DNA of 64,000 nt from an uncultured Gammaproteobacteria bacterium (GTDB taxonomy: Bacteria; Patescibacteriota; Microgenomatia; UBA10105; UBA927), in assembly GCA_964361785.1 (NCBI GenBank), contig CAYIBX010000001.1, positions 5,857 to 69,856 on the forward strand, in the 5' to 3' direction. Position 1 is the first letter of the stretch; every line of letters begins with the position of its first letter. Made by a program: the position numbers and the translations under genes. The notes beneath the pieces are model-generated. The model did not search any database, was not told where the DNA came from, and saw only the letters and a list, made by a program, of their open reading frames with translations. Below are positions 20,547 to 31,467 of the stretch, piece after piece.

Positions 20547-21579
20547 TCATCTTCCCACCATATCCATAGTAACTGCAACATACAATTCTATTCGTACCAT
20601 AGAACGATGTTTGCAAAGTATTCGAACACAACACTATCCCCAACAAAATATTGAAATTATCGTCGTTGACGGAGGTTCTATAGACGCCACCCTTACTATA
20701 GCTAAAAAATATAATGCGCGTATTTACACCATTGATCCAAAGAAACAAAATGCAGAATATAACAAAAGTATTGGTATTAAAAATGCAAAAAATGAGCTTC
20801 TTGCGATGATAGATCACGATAACGTGCTCCCTCATGCCCGTTGGCTGTCAAAGATAGTGCGACCATTTGTGGAAAATAAAAATATAGTAGGTGTTGAGAC
20901 ACTTAGATATCAGTATGACAAGAAAGAAGGCTTACTTGATCGATATTTTGCGCTGTTTGGCACGGGAGATCCCTTTGTATGGTATTTAGGCAGATCAGAT
21001 AGGCTTTCCTATATGTTTGATCGATATAATCTAGCGGGAGAGATTGTTTTTGATGGAGACTATTATATTGTGCGTTTTTCTGTAGATAGAATACCAACCA
21101 TAGGTGCTAATGGGTTTATTGTGCGTCGTGAGACTCTTATGAACAATGCCCAAGCGACACCGGGAAAGTATTTTGACATGGATGTAAATGTAGACCTTAT
21201 CACCAAAGGATTTGATACCTATGCATTTGTCGATGATGCGATTTTGCATTTAACTGGATATGGAAACATATGGTCTTATCTAAAACGAAGAATGCTGTTT
21301 ATGAATCAGTATCACCTGGGTGAGAAATCACTTGAACGAAAGCGCGTTCGTCGATACGAAATATTTACAAAGAAAGAACTTTGGCGTCTGGTACTGGCGA
21401 TTTTTTACTGTGTCACACTTGTTGTTCCTTTCTATGATAGCTGTAGAGGATGTCTAAAAATTCGAGACAGAGCATGGTTTTTGCATCCTCTGATGGGTGT
21501 GGGATTCGTCTTTATTTACAGTTGGGTTATAATAAGACACCAAATATATTACAATGCAAATAAAATCTTGGGAAAATAG
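20533..21579 (+). CDS. GT2 glycosyltransferase with C-terminal TM segments
   Basis: ISIVTATYNS, VVDGGS.D.T, IDHDN, PTIGANG, DMD. Confidence 0.85.
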   Translation: MKHTNHLPTISIVTATYNSIRTIERCLQSIRTQHYPQQNIEIIVVDGGSIDATLTIAKKYNARIYTIDPKKQNAEYNKSIGIKNAKNELLAMIDHDNVLPHARWLSKIVRPFVENKNIVGVETLRYQYDKKEGLLDRYFALFGTGDPFVWYLGRSDRLSYMFDRYNLAGEIVFDGDYYIVRFSVDRIPTIGANGFIVRRETLMNNAQATPGKYFDMDVNVDLITKGFDTYAFVDDAILHLTGYGNIWSYLKRRMLFMNQYHLGEKSLERKRVRRYEIFTKKELWRLVLAIFYCVTLVVPFYDSCRGCLKIRDRAWFLHPLMGVGFVFIYSWVIIRHQIYYNANKILGK

Positions 21580-22489
21580 TCGCGTACTTATTACTGGATC
21601 AAGTGGATTTATCGGGAGACATCTGGTTTCCTATCTTTTGGGAAAAAAAGCAAAGATACTTGGTCTATCAAGACATCCGTATAATTTTACGATAGAAAAA
21701 AAAGTTGATGTCGCGAATAAAGCTGAATTATTGAAAGCATTCAAGCAATTTAAACCTGATGCGTGTTTTCATTTAGCAAGCGAAGCGCTGGTTGAGGCTG
21801 GGTCTATTGATCCGTATGGGACATTTAATAATAATATTACGAGTGCGTTAAATGTCCTTGAGATTTCGCGAAGCTATAATATACAGCGGATTATTATTGC
21901 GTCTACCTCTCATGTGTATGGGGCAGCGCCACTTCCATATCGGGAAGATGAGCCGCCACGACCGTCAAGACCTTACGAAACATCAAAAACGTGTGTAGAC
22001 CTTATCGCGCAGTCTTATGCAGATAGTTTTAATCTACCGGTTTTAATTCCACGATTTGTAAATATTTATGGTCCGAGCGATCTTAATTTTTCACGCGTGA
22101 TCCCCAAAACCATGCAAAGCGTCGTGAGTGGCAAAAATCCCACCATGTGGGGGGGAAGTGCGAAACGAGAATATTTGTATATAGATGATGCAATACGGGC
22201 ATACAGTATGCTCGGGTTAATTACGGATTCACAGCTAGAAAAGAATAGAATATATAATGTCGGAACTGGAAAGCCTATCTCAGTGAATGATTTAATGGTG
22301 AAAATCATAGCTCTTAGTGAAAAAATATTGTCTATCAAAAAAATTGAGAATGGCCGAGAAGAAGAATTGCTTGAGCAGGTTGTTTCATGGGGAAAAATGA
22401 AGCGAACTTTTCAATGGATTCCACGAACGAATATGGATCGAGGCTTGAGATTAACGTATAAATGGTATAAAACAATACAAGGAGAATAG
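21554..22489 (+). CDS. NDP-sugar epimerase/dehydratase (RfbG-like extended SDR)
   Basis: LITGSSGFIG, FHLA, PYETSK (YxxxK), RFVNIYGP.DLNFSRVIP; resembles the 31455 gene. Confidence 0.8.
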   Translation: MQIKSWENSRVLITGSSGFIGRHLVSYLLGKKAKILGLSRHPYNFTIEKKVDVANKAELLKAFKQFKPDACFHLASEALVEAGSIDPYGTFNNNITSALNVLEISRSYNIQRIIIASTSHVYGAAPLPYREDEPPRPSRPYETSKTCVDLIAQSYADSFNLPVLIPRFVNIYGPSDLNFSRVIPKTMQSVVSGKNPTMWGGSAKREYLYIDDAIRAYSMLGLITDSQLEKNRIYNVGTGKPISVNDLMVKIIALSEKILSIKKIENGREEELLEQVVSWGKMKRTFQWIPRTNMDRGLRLTYKWYKTIQGE

Positions 22490-22490
22490 T

Positions 22491-23672
22491 ATGATTCCAC
22501 TGATCAAATCTACATTTTATAACGAAAAAAATACGAAAAAATTGTTATGTAAGTTTATCCTGAAAGCAGATAAATTAAGTATTGGTGAACAATGTCGTAA
22601 ATTCGAACAGAAGTTTTCGAACTATCAAGATCGTAAACATTGTTTGTTCGTAAACAGTGGTAGTTCAGCAAATTTAGCTCTCATTCAAGCACTTCTTAAT
22701 TTAGGGAGGATTAAAAAAGGAGATGCAGTCGGTTTTTCTGCGTTGACGTGGTCGACCAACGTCATGCCGCTTATCCAATTGGGATTACATCCCGTCGCTA
22801 TAGACATAGAGCTTGACACCCTTAATATTTCCACGCGCACGTTAAAAGAAGTGCTCAAAAAAAGAAAGATCAAAATGTTATTTCTTACAAATCTTTTGGG
22901 GTTTTGTGATGATATAGATGCAATAGCTAGCCTTTGTAAACAAAATAATATTATATTTATTGAGGATAATTGTGAGTCACTTGGCACTGTTTATAAAGGC
23001 AAAAAGCTTGGTAACTGGGGATTAGCGAGCACGTTTTCATTTTATGTAGGGCACCATATGTCCACCGTCGAGGGTGGCGCAGTCGTGACGGATGATGAAG
23101 AATTGATGACGATGCTTCATCTGGTACGTGCACATGGGTGGGATCGCAATTTGACAGAAGATAAGCAATTGTTTTTGCGCGTAAAGCATGACGTAAATTC
23201 TACGTTTTACTCTCGCTACACCTTTTATGATTTGGGGTATAACTTGAGAACGACAGAAATTCAGGGATTTTTGGGAAACAATCAGATCCGCTATCTGCCT
23301 ACTATTATAAAGAAACGAGAACGTAACTTTTTGTTTATGGCAAAACAAATTTATACCAGAACGGATTTATTTTATCCCATAAGATACGATCATATTGATA
23401 GAGTTTCTAATTTTGCCGTACCCGTGATTTGTCGTTCGCAAAAAATTCGTGACGCGCTGGTAGAAGCGTGTGATGGAAAAGTAGAAATACGACCAGTGGT
23501 AGGCGGTGACATGACCAAGCAACCATTTTTCAAAAAATATATGAAAGGGGCTCTCCGGTCATACACAAAGAATGCCCGTTTGGTTCACGAACAAGGACTG
23601 TATTTTGGTAATAATCCTGATATGATCAAAAAAGAAATGGCAACAATCGTGCGTATTTTTACTTCCCTTTAA
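22491..23672 (+). CDS. ColD-like PLP-dependent NDP-4-keto-6-deoxysugar 3-dehydratase (DegT family)
   Basis: VNSGSSANL, EDNCESLG, SFYVGHHMSTVEGG (His at the usual PLP-Lys position), RAHGW.R, GYNLR, RPVVGG. Confidence 0.75.
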   Translation: MIPLIKSTFYNEKNTKKLLCKFILKADKLSIGEQCRKFEQKFSNYQDRKHCLFVNSGSSANLALIQALLNLGRIKKGDAVGFSALTWSTNVMPLIQLGLHPVAIDIELDTLNISTRTLKEVLKKRKIKMLFLTNLLGFCDDIDAIASLCKQNNIIFIEDNCESLGTVYKGKKLGNWGLASTFSFYVGHHMSTVEGGAVVTDDEELMTMLHLVRAHGWDRNLTEDKQLFLRVKHDVNSTFYSRYTFYDLGYNLRTTEIQGFLGNNQIRYLPTIIKKRERNFLFMAKQIYTRTDLFYPIRYDHIDRVSNFAVPVICRSQKIRDALVEACDGKVEIRPVVGGDMTKQPFFKKYMKGALRSYTKNARLVHEQGLYFGNNPDMIKKEMATIVRIFTSL

Positions 23673-23679
23673 TGAATCT

Positions 23680-24558
23680 ATGAACCACGCATTTAACTAT
23701 GAAGAAAAATTTATGGGCGTCTCTTCAAAGAAGCGCAATAATTTTAAAAGAACATTTCAGGATGATTATCGGCTTAAACGCATGGCAGAGGCTTTAAAAC
23801 TCAAAAAAGGAAAGCTTTTAGACATCGGCTGCGGTGGGGGCATAATTACTGAAAGCCTACCGTATTACTATCGAGGCGTGAAGGTATTTGGATGCGATAT
23901 TTCGAAAACTGCAATTGCATATGCAAAAAAGTTTGGAAGTGGGAAAGCGACCTATGATGTCTTAAAGGGTAAAAAATTTCCGTATAAAGACTCTACATTT
24001 GATGCGTGTATTTGTTTGGACGTCATGGAGCATGTGCCAGATGTTGATTTTTTTTTGAAGGAGATAAGACGGATTCTCAAAAAAAATGGAAAGTTTTTTC
24101 TACTGGTTCCTTGTGAAAATCAACCCATGACGTATACGTGGTTGTTTCCGAAGATCGGTTTCGGGAGACTGACCTTTAAGCATTGGGGGCACGTTCACCC
24201 TGAATTTACGCATGCATCCGTTCTTACTATGCTGAAAAATCACGGGTTTCATGTGAATAGACAAACGTATAGTGAACATTGGCTTTATCAACTCAGTAAT
24301 ATTTTTCTATATTTTTTACCCAAAGAGCTTTTGGAACTCGTTGTAGGTAAACATCAGGCCCAAAAATATAACGATCAAGGGGTTGTGAAGATGCAGGTAA
24401 TTGGAAAAAAATCGAGAGATTTGTTTTCTATCGTTAGAAATGTGTGGATGAAAATTACGGGACTTGTCGGTTTGGTGAGAGGGTGGGAAATAGAGGCAGG
24501 AAAGCATACGAGTTTTGGCGCTTGGAAAATACATATTTATGCCACAATCAAAAAATAG
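23680..24558 (+). CDS. Class I SAM-dependent methyltransferase
   Basis: LLDIGCGGG, GCDIS, FPYKDSTFD, DVMEHV. Confidence 0.85.
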   Translation: MNHAFNYEEKFMGVSSKKRNNFKRTFQDDYRLKRMAEALKLKKGKLLDIGCGGGIITESLPYYYRGVKVFGCDISKTAIAYAKKFGSGKATYDVLKGKKFPYKDSTFDACICLDVMEHVPDVDFFLKEIRRILKKNGKFFLLVPCENQPMTYTWLFPKIGFGRLTFKHWGHVHPEFTHASVLTMLKNHGFHVNRQTYSEHWLYQLSNIFLYFLPKELLELVVGKHQAQKYNDQGVVKMQVIGKKSRDLFSIVRNVWMKITGLVGLVRGWEIEAGKHTSFGAWKIHIYATIKK

Positions 24559-25534
24559 TACCGTTTGGAACGGAAAGAAAGTGCTCGTAACCGGTGGCAC
24601 AGGGTTTATTGGTAGTCACGTGGTAGAACAGCTTGTGTCTCTGAAAGCAAAGGTTAGGGTACTTGATCGAATGAGAGATGGAGTCATAAAAAATATTGAA
24701 TATCTTAAAGATACGGTTCAATTTATTTCTGGTGATTGTGCTGACGAGTCTGAGGCGTTAAAAGCTTGTGAAGGGCAACAAGTGGTGATGAATTTGGCAG
24801 CCAAAGTGGGCGGCATAGCCTACAACAGCACGCATCAGGCCACGATGCTTTTTGATAACTTAAAAATTGCCTCTGTCATGATTGAAGCGGCAAGATGCAC
24901 AAACGTTGAGCGATTTTTGGTTGTATCATCTGCGTGTATTTATCCTGCTGATGCCAAAATTCCCACTGCCGAATCAGAAGGATTTTTACGAGAGCCAGAG
25001 CCGACTAATGGCGGATACGGATGGGCCAAACGCATGGCAGAAAAGCTAGGAATGTATTATAGTCAGCAGTATGGAATGAAAGTGGGAATTGTGAGGCCAT
25101 ATAATGCATATGGACCTCGTGATCATTTCGATCCAGAGAAGTCTCACGTGATACCCGCACTTATCAAACGAGTGTTTGATGGAGAGAATCCATTGAGAGT
25201 GTGGGGATCCGGCAACCAGACAAGAGCATTTTTGTATGTTGAGGATTTTGCCAAGGGTCTCATTGACGCCATAGACAAATATCCCGTAGCAGACCCAGTT
25301 AATATAGGAACTAATGAAGAAGTATCTATAAATACACTTGTGGAAATTATTGTATCCATATCAGGAAAGAATACTAAAATTGAATTTGATACATCAAAAC
25401 CTGATGGAAGCCCTAGAAGAAATAGCGATAATACCAAAGCAATTGAAAAAATTGGATTTCGTGCACAAACAAAATTAGTCGATGGTCTCAAGAAAACAAT
25501 TGATTGGTATAAAAAAGAGCAAAATATATCATGA
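24539..25534 (+). CDS. GDP-fucose synthase/ColC-like epimerase-reductase (extended SDR)
   Basis: [31 protein letters not shown]...[13 protein letters not shown]; start ATG 24539. Confidence 0.75.
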   Translation: MPQSKNSTVWNGKKVLVTGGTGFIGSHVVEQLVSLKAKVRVLDRMRDGVIKNIEYLKDTVQFISGDCADESEALKACEGQQVVMNLAAKVGGIAYNSTHQATMLFDNLKIASVMIEAARCTNVERFLVVSSACIYPADAKIPTAESEGFLREPEPTNGGYGWAKRMAEKLGMYYSQQYGMKVGIVRPYNAYGPRDHFDPEKSHVIPALIKRVFDGENPLRVWGSGNQTRAFLYVEDFAKGLIDAIDKYPVADPVNIGTNEEVSINTLVEIIVSISGKNTKIEFDTSKPDGSPRRNSDNTKAIEKIGFRAQTKLVDGLKKTIDWYKKEQNIS

Positions 25535-26577
25535 AAAAGAAAAAAGTCTTGATTAGTGGTTCAGCGGGGCTTATCGGATCTGAAGCGGTGCGATTTTTTT
25601 GTGCCAAAGGATTTGAAGTGCATGGAATTGATAATAATATGCGCAAGTATTTTTTTGGTGCTGATGGAGATACAAGTTGGATAAGAAAGAAGTTAACCAA
25701 AGAACAAGAATCATACGTTCATCACACAGTAGACATACGCGACGAGAAAAAGATTAGTGATATTTTCAAAAAAAATCGGTTTGATCTCATCATCCATACT
25801 GCAGCTCAACCATCTCATGACTGGGCAGCCAAAGAGCCCATCACTGACTTTTCTATCAATGCAGTCGGAACGCTTATCATACTTGAAAATCTTCGTACAT
25901 ATGCCAAAGATGCGACGTTTATATTCACTTCTACAAATAAAGTGTATGGAGACATACCAAATCGTCTGCCAGTTATAGAACAGAAGACTCGATATGAACT
26001 ACCTCCGTCTCATAAATTTTATAAAGGGATAGATGAATCGATGAGCATAGATCAGTGTACACACAGTGTTTTTGGCGTATCCAAATCAGCAGCTGACCTC
26101 ATGGTACAGGAATATGGGCGTTATTTTGGTCTTCATACAGTTATTTTTCGTGGCGGGTGTCTCACTGGCCCCGCTCATTCAGCAGCCAAACTTCATGGAT
26201 TTTTGGCGTACCTTATTAAGTGTATTAAAGAAGGACGACAGTATTCGATAATTGGATATAAGGGGAAGCAAGTGCGCGACAACATTCATTCTCACGATTT
26301 GATCTCGGCGTTTTATGAAGTATATAAAAAGCCACGAGTGGGAGAAGTATATAATATCGGTGGATCACGGCACTCTAATGTTTCGATTCTTGAGGCAGTG
26401 GCAAAGATCGAAGCCATTGTGGGCAAGAAGGCGAAAATAAAGTATATAGATACACCTCGAATTGGCGACCATATCTGGTATATTTCTGATGTGTCGAAGT
26501 TTCAATCACACTATCCGAATTGGCAGTATACCTATGATGGCGATAGGATACTAGAAGATATATGCAACGTCGCCTGA
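25531..26577 (+). CDS. CDP-paratose 2-epimerase-like extended SDR (second RfbE-like)
   Basis: [45 protein letters not shown]...[17 protein letters not shown]. Confidence 0.75.
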   Translation: MKKKKVLISGSAGLIGSEAVRFFCAKGFEVHGIDNNMRKYFFGADGDTSWIRKKLTKEQESYVHHTVDIRDEKKISDIFKKNRFDLIIHTAAQPSHDWAAKEPITDFSINAVGTLIILENLRTYAKDATFIFTSTNKVYGDIPNRLPVIEQKTRYELPPSHKFYKGIDESMSIDQCTHSVFGVSKSAADLMVQEYGRYFGLHTVIFRGGCLTGPAHSAAKLHGFLAYLIKCIKEGRQYSIIGYKGKQVRDNIHSHDLISAFYEVYKKPRVGEVYNIGGSRHSNVSILEAVAKIEAIVGKKAKIKYIDTPRIGDHIWYISDVSKFQSHYPNWQYTYDGDRILEDICNVA

Positions 26578-27722
26578 ACACTCCCCAACAGGTCATCATA
26601 GTGACGCATACGCTTTTTTATGGTGCGTCAGAGGCGCTTCGTGATTATCTTATTTCTCAAAAAATACAGTCACTGATATACATCGGTCATCCATTGCTTG
26701 CAGAAAATTCAATGTACACGCAAAGTGCATATAGAAATGGAAAAATCGTGCATACAAAAAACATCAGGCGAATTTCTTCGGGATCTGTAGTGTCATTTTT
26801 TCGCGACGCATTCGCGACAATTATTGAATGTGTGAAATTTCAAAGAGCGCCATACATGTATATAGGCGTTAATCCTCTAAACGCTTGTGTCGGGGTCTTA
26901 CTTCGCGTGTTTGGAATTGTCGAGAGAGTGGTGTTTTATGCGATTGATTTTAGTCCAAGGCGAAGTAGTAATACGTTGATTAATTATATCTATCACAGCA
27001 TGGAGCGTTTCGCGGTCAGATACTCTGATACATGTTGGAATGTGTCGGCGAGAATAGAAGAGGGGAGAAAAGAGTATTTAAACCTCGTAACTCCAAAGAA
27101 TAAACAAATAGTCGTGCCTATTGGCGTTTGGGCAAAGGATATTGTAAAGAAGATAAAACTCAAAAATGACTATCGCCTTATATTTGTAGGACACTTGCTT
27201 GAAAAACAAGGGGTGCAGGAGGTAATTCGCGCACTGCCAACAATATTAAAAAAGTTGCCAAAAGTAACGTTTACCATTATAGGTGGTGGAGAGTACGAAC
27301 AACATCTTCGAGATCTTGTAGAATCGCTATCTTTAGAAAAATATGTGCAGTTTATGGGATGGCAATCTGACCAAGCAGTCATACGAAACGAAATTATAAA
27401 ATCAGATATAGCTTTGGCTACGTATATGCCAAGCGGGAGAGATACGACAAATTTTAGTTACTATGCAGATCCGACAAAGATAAAAATCTATCTTTCTTGT
27501 GGTGTACCGGTAATGATGACAGATGTTTCATACAATGCAAAGACACTTATGGGAGCTGGAGTGGTGGTTGTGGTACCATATGAAACACATGCTATTGCTT
27601 CTGCAATCATTCGTTTATTTACGCATACGAATACGTTATACAAGATGAAAGATCTGACTATAAAAGAATCACATAAATTTTGTTGGGATAAGATATTTGA
27701 AAAAGCGTTTCAATCCGTATGA
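26562..27722 (+). CDS. GT4-like glycosyltransferase (DP.K subtype)
   Basis: [31 protein letters not shown]. Confidence 0.8.
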   Translation: MQRRLNTPQQVIIVTHTLFYGASEALRDYLISQKIQSLIYIGHPLLAENSMYTQSAYRNGKIVHTKNIRRISSGSVVSFFRDAFATIIECVKFQRAPYMYIGVNPLNACVGVLLRVFGIVERVVFYAIDFSPRRSSNTLINYIYHSMERFAVRYSDTCWNVSARIEEGRKEYLNLVTPKNKQIVVPIGVWAKDIVKKIKLKNDYRLIFVGHLLEKQGVQEVIRALPTILKKLPKVTFTIIGGGEYEQHLRDLVESLSLEKYVQFMGWQSDQAVIRNEIIKSDIALATYMPSGRDTTNFSYYADPTKIKIYLSCGVPVMMTDVSYNAKTLMGAGVVVVVPYETHAIASAIIRLFTHTNTLYKMKDLTIKESHKFCWDKIFEKAFQSV

Positions 27723-28594
27723 ATCATCCACTTCTAAAATATCTTTGTTGCCCCGTGTGTAAACTAGCGCTTGTTTCCAAATCAAAAAGCCTGTATTGCA
27801 AGAAATGTAAGAAGGAATATAGTATTTCAAACGGAATACCAATTCTTATTAATCTTTCCACATTACCTACTCACTTACAAAATCAAGTGAAATATTTTGA
27901 GAAGGAGGATTTATCACGAGGAAAATATGCACTCGAAGCGTGGCAAAAAAGATATGTTGATAATTTTTTGATGCATACAAAATTGCAGAAGAATTCTATA
28001 GTTATTGATAATGCGACGGGAAGCGGATATATGGCTATTGAACTAGCCAAAAAAGGGTACGACGTTATTGCGATGGATCTTACGTTTGCAGAGCTGGTGA
28101 AGCTTAAAGCAAATATTTTAAAATTGAAATTACAAAAAAATGTTTTATTAACCTGTGCAAGTTCCGAGGAGTTACCCATAAAAGCAAAAAGCGCTGACGG
28201 GATGGTGGCAAATGCGATACTTGAACATCTCCCACATGAAAAGAAAGCTATCAAAGAAATTGAGCGCGTACTCAAACGTAAGGCTTTGTTGATGCTTGCA
28301 ATGCCCATTCATTTAAAATATGTTTGGCCGTTTCTCTGGCCGGTGAATATACTTCATGATAAAAAGATTGGTCATCTTAGGAGGTATACAAGAAAAACTA
28401 TATTAAACGGATTCTCTCGTTTTACAGAGCTGAAAACCTATTACACAGGAAACCTCGGGAAAGTATTCTTTTTATTATGTAAAATTTTTACAAAAAATCC
28501 ACGATGGGATGATCTGGGAGAAAGAATTGATATGTATACTGAGCAAATTCCATTTGGCGCGAGTAATGTGGTGAGCATCCTTCAAAAAAAATGA
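27719..28594 (+). CDS. Trm112-like zinc-ribbon fused to a SAM methyltransferase
   Basis: N-terminal CPVC...CKKC..YSISNGIPIL; DNATGSG, NAILEHL, GHLRRY. Confidence 0.75.
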   Translation: MNHPLLKYLCCPVCKLALVSKSKSLYCKKCKKEYSISNGIPILINLSTLPTHLQNQVKYFEKEDLSRGKYALEAWQKRYVDNFLMHTKLQKNSIVIDNATGSGYMAIELAKKGYDVIAMDLTFAELVKLKANILKLKLQKNVLLTCASSEELPIKAKSADGMVANAILEHLPHEKKAIKEIERVLKRKALLMLAMPIHLKYVWPFLWPVNILHDKKIGHLRRYTRKTILNGFSRFTELKTYYTGNLGKVFFLLCKIFTKNPRWDDLGERIDMYTEQIPFGASNVVSILQKK

Positions 28595-29700
28595 AAGATC
28601 GAATATTTCGATACGATACCATATTTATGTACGGCAGTTTGCAAAGTGTAGGTCATATAATGGATTACTTTATCAAACATACCAAAAAACTTGTTGTATA
28701 CATTATCATGCCGAGAGTAAATGGTAGTGCAAATGACCTACGCGTGTATGAACGAGGCATAGTAAAGCACGAGCATAGCGTTGGTTCGTCAACAAATATA
28801 TTTCTCTATTATTTCATATGGTGGTATTACCAAAATCTTTTTTTGCTGCAATACTTTTCCCGTTCAGAACAAGTATTAGTGTTTGGTGGACATCCTGTAG
28901 CGTTTATCGGTATGAGTATGATGAAATTATTACGAAGGCTGAAGTATGCATACTGGATAGGAGATTATTATCCTCCAGTTCATTGGTCGCTCATCCTTTT
29001 TGAAAAACTTAAAAAATATTACCATGATCGAATACCCTTTACGTATTATTTAAGTGACAGAATTAATAATATTTATAACAGCAAGGTCATTACACTTCCT
29101 AATAAAAAGACAGTTATGTGGGGAGTAAAGCCACATACGGGATCAAAAAAGCAAATTACTTCACCGTTTAAATTATTGTTTGTAGGTGTCATACGACCAT
29201 CACAGGGAATTGAGGACTTACTGCTGTTTATAAAAAATACTCCGAAGGTACAACTTTCAATTGTCGGAGTTTGTGAGAAAATACTTTATGAAAAATACGT
29301 TACACTGATTGAGAAGTATCACGTTGCTGATCGAGTTTGGTTCCCAAATACGTTTGTGAGTGATGAAGAACTCAAAAAGTTAAGTAATCGTCATCACATA
29401 GGAATCGCACTGTATGAAAAGGGAGAGCATACGGCTACACATTATACGGATCCTGGGAAAGTGAAAACGTATATAGAATTAGGTCTGCCAGTTATAATGA
29501 CGAATACATCTGCTATAGCGGTGTATATAAAGCAATATATGGCTGGTGAGCTCGTGAACGGAACAAAAGAGCTTCCTGCGGCGTTAGAACGAATGAAGAG
29601 ACAATATGGCGTATATCAAAAAGGTGTACATGCGTTAGCACAGTATTTTGAGTATGAAAAATATTACAGTCAATCATTTCAGGTGTTAGAAACCATATGA
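28591..29700 (+). CDS. GT4-like glycosyltransferase (DP.K subtype)
   Basis: LLFVGVIRPSQG, YTDPGKVKTYIELGLPVIMT. Confidence 0.75.
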   Translation: MKDRIFRYDTIFMYGSLQSVGHIMDYFIKHTKKLVVYIIMPRVNGSANDLRVYERGIVKHEHSVGSSTNIFLYYFIWWYYQNLFLLQYFSRSEQVLVFGGHPVAFIGMSMMKLLRRLKYAYWIGDYYPPVHWSLILFEKLKKYYHDRIPFTYYLSDRINNIYNSKVITLPNKKTVMWGVKPHTGSKKQITSPFKLLFVGVIRPSQGIEDLLLFIKNTPKVQLSIVGVCEKILYEKYVTLIEKYHVADRVWFPNTFVSDEELKKLSNRHHIGIALYEKGEHTATHYTDPGKVKTYIELGLPVIMTNTSAIAVYIKQYMAGELVNGTKELPAALERMKRQYGVYQKGVHALAQYFEYEKYYSQSFQVLETI

Positions 29701-30674
29701 AACGACCAACAATAAGCGTCATTATTCCTGTATATAATGTAGAAAGCATTTTGAAAGAAGTGCTTGTTAGCCTCATTATACAAACATACCCGATAGAGGA
29801 AATAATTCTCATTGATAATCATTCCGATGATAAATCTGTGAAAGTAGCAGATGAATTCATTCGAACTCACAAAAAAATAGCTATTCGCATCATTAAACGA
29901 AAACAAACATACGGACTTTCGCATAGTTATAATTTAGGAGCAAAGGAGACGAAATCAGAGTATATCGTGACACTTCATTCAGATAGCATGTTGCCTACTA
30001 AATTTGAGCTTTCACGGTTAATGGAGCCTTTAATAAAAAACACTGTTGATTATGTGGCGGCAATGCCGATTGTTGTGCATCGAAAACAAGAATGGGATAC
30101 CTACAATTTTTGGCAAAAGTGCCTTTTTGCTCAAGTAGTAGGAAAAGAACAGCATTCGTTAAATGGCAAATTTGATGCATACAGACGAGTAGTATTCATG
30201 TCGATTGAAGGTTTTGATATAAAAAATTTTAATCATTATATTGGTTCGGAAGATGCAGATATGAATTTTCGATTAGCTTCGCGAGGAAAGATAGCCGTTA
30301 CAAATGCTTGTGTAGTCCATCTTCATGGAAAAGATGCAAATTATAGCATGCAAGACTGGATGAAACGTAGAAAATTTTTAGCAATATCGTATGCTTTGCA
30401 GATACGGCTTCATTGGAGAGTAATGGGAGTTGGTTTTATTCCTTTTCTCGTGAAGCCTATGTTAGTTGTTTTGACAGTTTTATCATTTTTATATCCGTTA
30501 CTTGTGCTGCCATTAATTATTTTTCCTTTCTGGTATATGCGGACCATGTTTATAGATTCGGTATCGCGAAGAGATAGAAATATACTACTGTTACCGATTG
30601 TTGTGATCTGTTTGGTGTTTCTCGAAACATTCTGGATGACGAAAGGTTTGTTTGTAAGGAGATATTCGTTATAA
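29697..30674 (+). CDS. GT2 glycosyltransferase with C-terminal TM segments
   Basis: ISVIIPVYN, IDNHSDD, GLSHSYNLG, LHSDS, GFD...GSED. Confidence 0.85.
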   Translation: MKRPTISVIIPVYNVESILKEVLVSLIIQTYPIEEIILIDNHSDDKSVKVADEFIRTHKKIAIRIIKRKQTYGLSHSYNLGAKETKSEYIVTLHSDSMLPTKFELSRLMEPLIKNTVDYVAAMPIVVHRKQEWDTYNFWQKCLFAQVVGKEQHSLNGKFDAYRRVVFMSIEGFDIKNFNHYIGSEDADMNFRLASRGKIAVTNACVVHLHGKDANYSMQDWMKRRKFLAISYALQIRLHWRVMGVGFIPFLVKPMLVVLTVLSFLYPLLVLPLIIFPFWYMRTMFIDSVSRRDRNILLLPIVVICLVFLETFWMTKGLFVRRYSL

Positions 30675-30684
30675 TGACTGTATT

Positions 30685-31467
30685 ATGAAGACTATTATTT
30701 TATCCGGTGGATTAGGATACAGATTAAAGGAAGAAACGGAGTTTAAACCAAAGCCAATGGTGCTTATTGGTGGAAAGCCTATTTTGTGGCATATCATGAA
30801 GATTTATGCGCATCATGGCTTTAACGAATTTATTATTGCATTAGGATATAAAGGTGATTACATAAAAGATTATTTCTTAAATCAAAAATATTTTTTGCAT
30901 GATTTTACGCTTCACACAAAAACAGGAGCAACGAAGATTCATAGGGATAAGACGGATGGAAAGTTAATTGATGATTTTAAAATTACCTTCGTTGATACCG
31001 GTCAGGAAACGTTACCCGGAGAGAGAATATTGCGATGTAAGGATTACATTCCTGCTGATGAAGATTTTATGGTGACGTATGGAGACGGGGTAGGCGATAT
31101 AAATATCTCTAAACTCGTCGCATTTCACAAAAAAATGAAGACAATTGGTACGATTAGCGGCGTTCATCCAAGAAGTAAATATGGACTCATACAGCTCGGT
31201 GTTAAACGGGCGGTATTTCAGTTTAAGGAAAAGCCGGTACTCAAGGACTGGATTAACGGTGGCTTTATGATTTTTAACAGAAAGTTTTTTGATAATTTGC
31301 GGGAAGGTGAAACTGAGCACCCAGCGCTTCAACGCCTAGCGAAACAACAACAGCTATCGATGTATCAACATGAAGGATTTTGGCACTGCATGGACACATA
31401 TGCTGATGTAGAGCATTTGAATGCATATTGGCAAGATACCCAACCATGGAAGCTATGGGAAAATTAA
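30685..31467 (+). CDS. rfbF: Glucose-1-phosphate cytidylyltransferase
   Basis: ILSGGLGYRL.EET..KPKPMV.IGGKPILWHIMKIY, VDTG, TYGDGV, INGGF, FWHCMDT; TATAAT at 30670-30675. Confidence 0.9.
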   Translation: MKTIILSGGLGYRLKEETEFKPKPMVLIGGKPILWHIMKIYAHHGFNEFIIALGYKGDYIKDYFLNQKYFLHDFTLHTKTGATKIHRDKTDGKLIDDFKITFVDTGQETLPGERILRCKDYIPADEDFMVTYGDGVGDINISKLVAFHKKMKTIGTISGVHPRSKYGLIQLGVKRAVFQFKEKPVLKDWINGGFMIFNRKFFDNLREGETEHPALQRLAKQQQLSMYQHEGFWHCMDTYADVEHLNAYWQDTQPWKLWEN

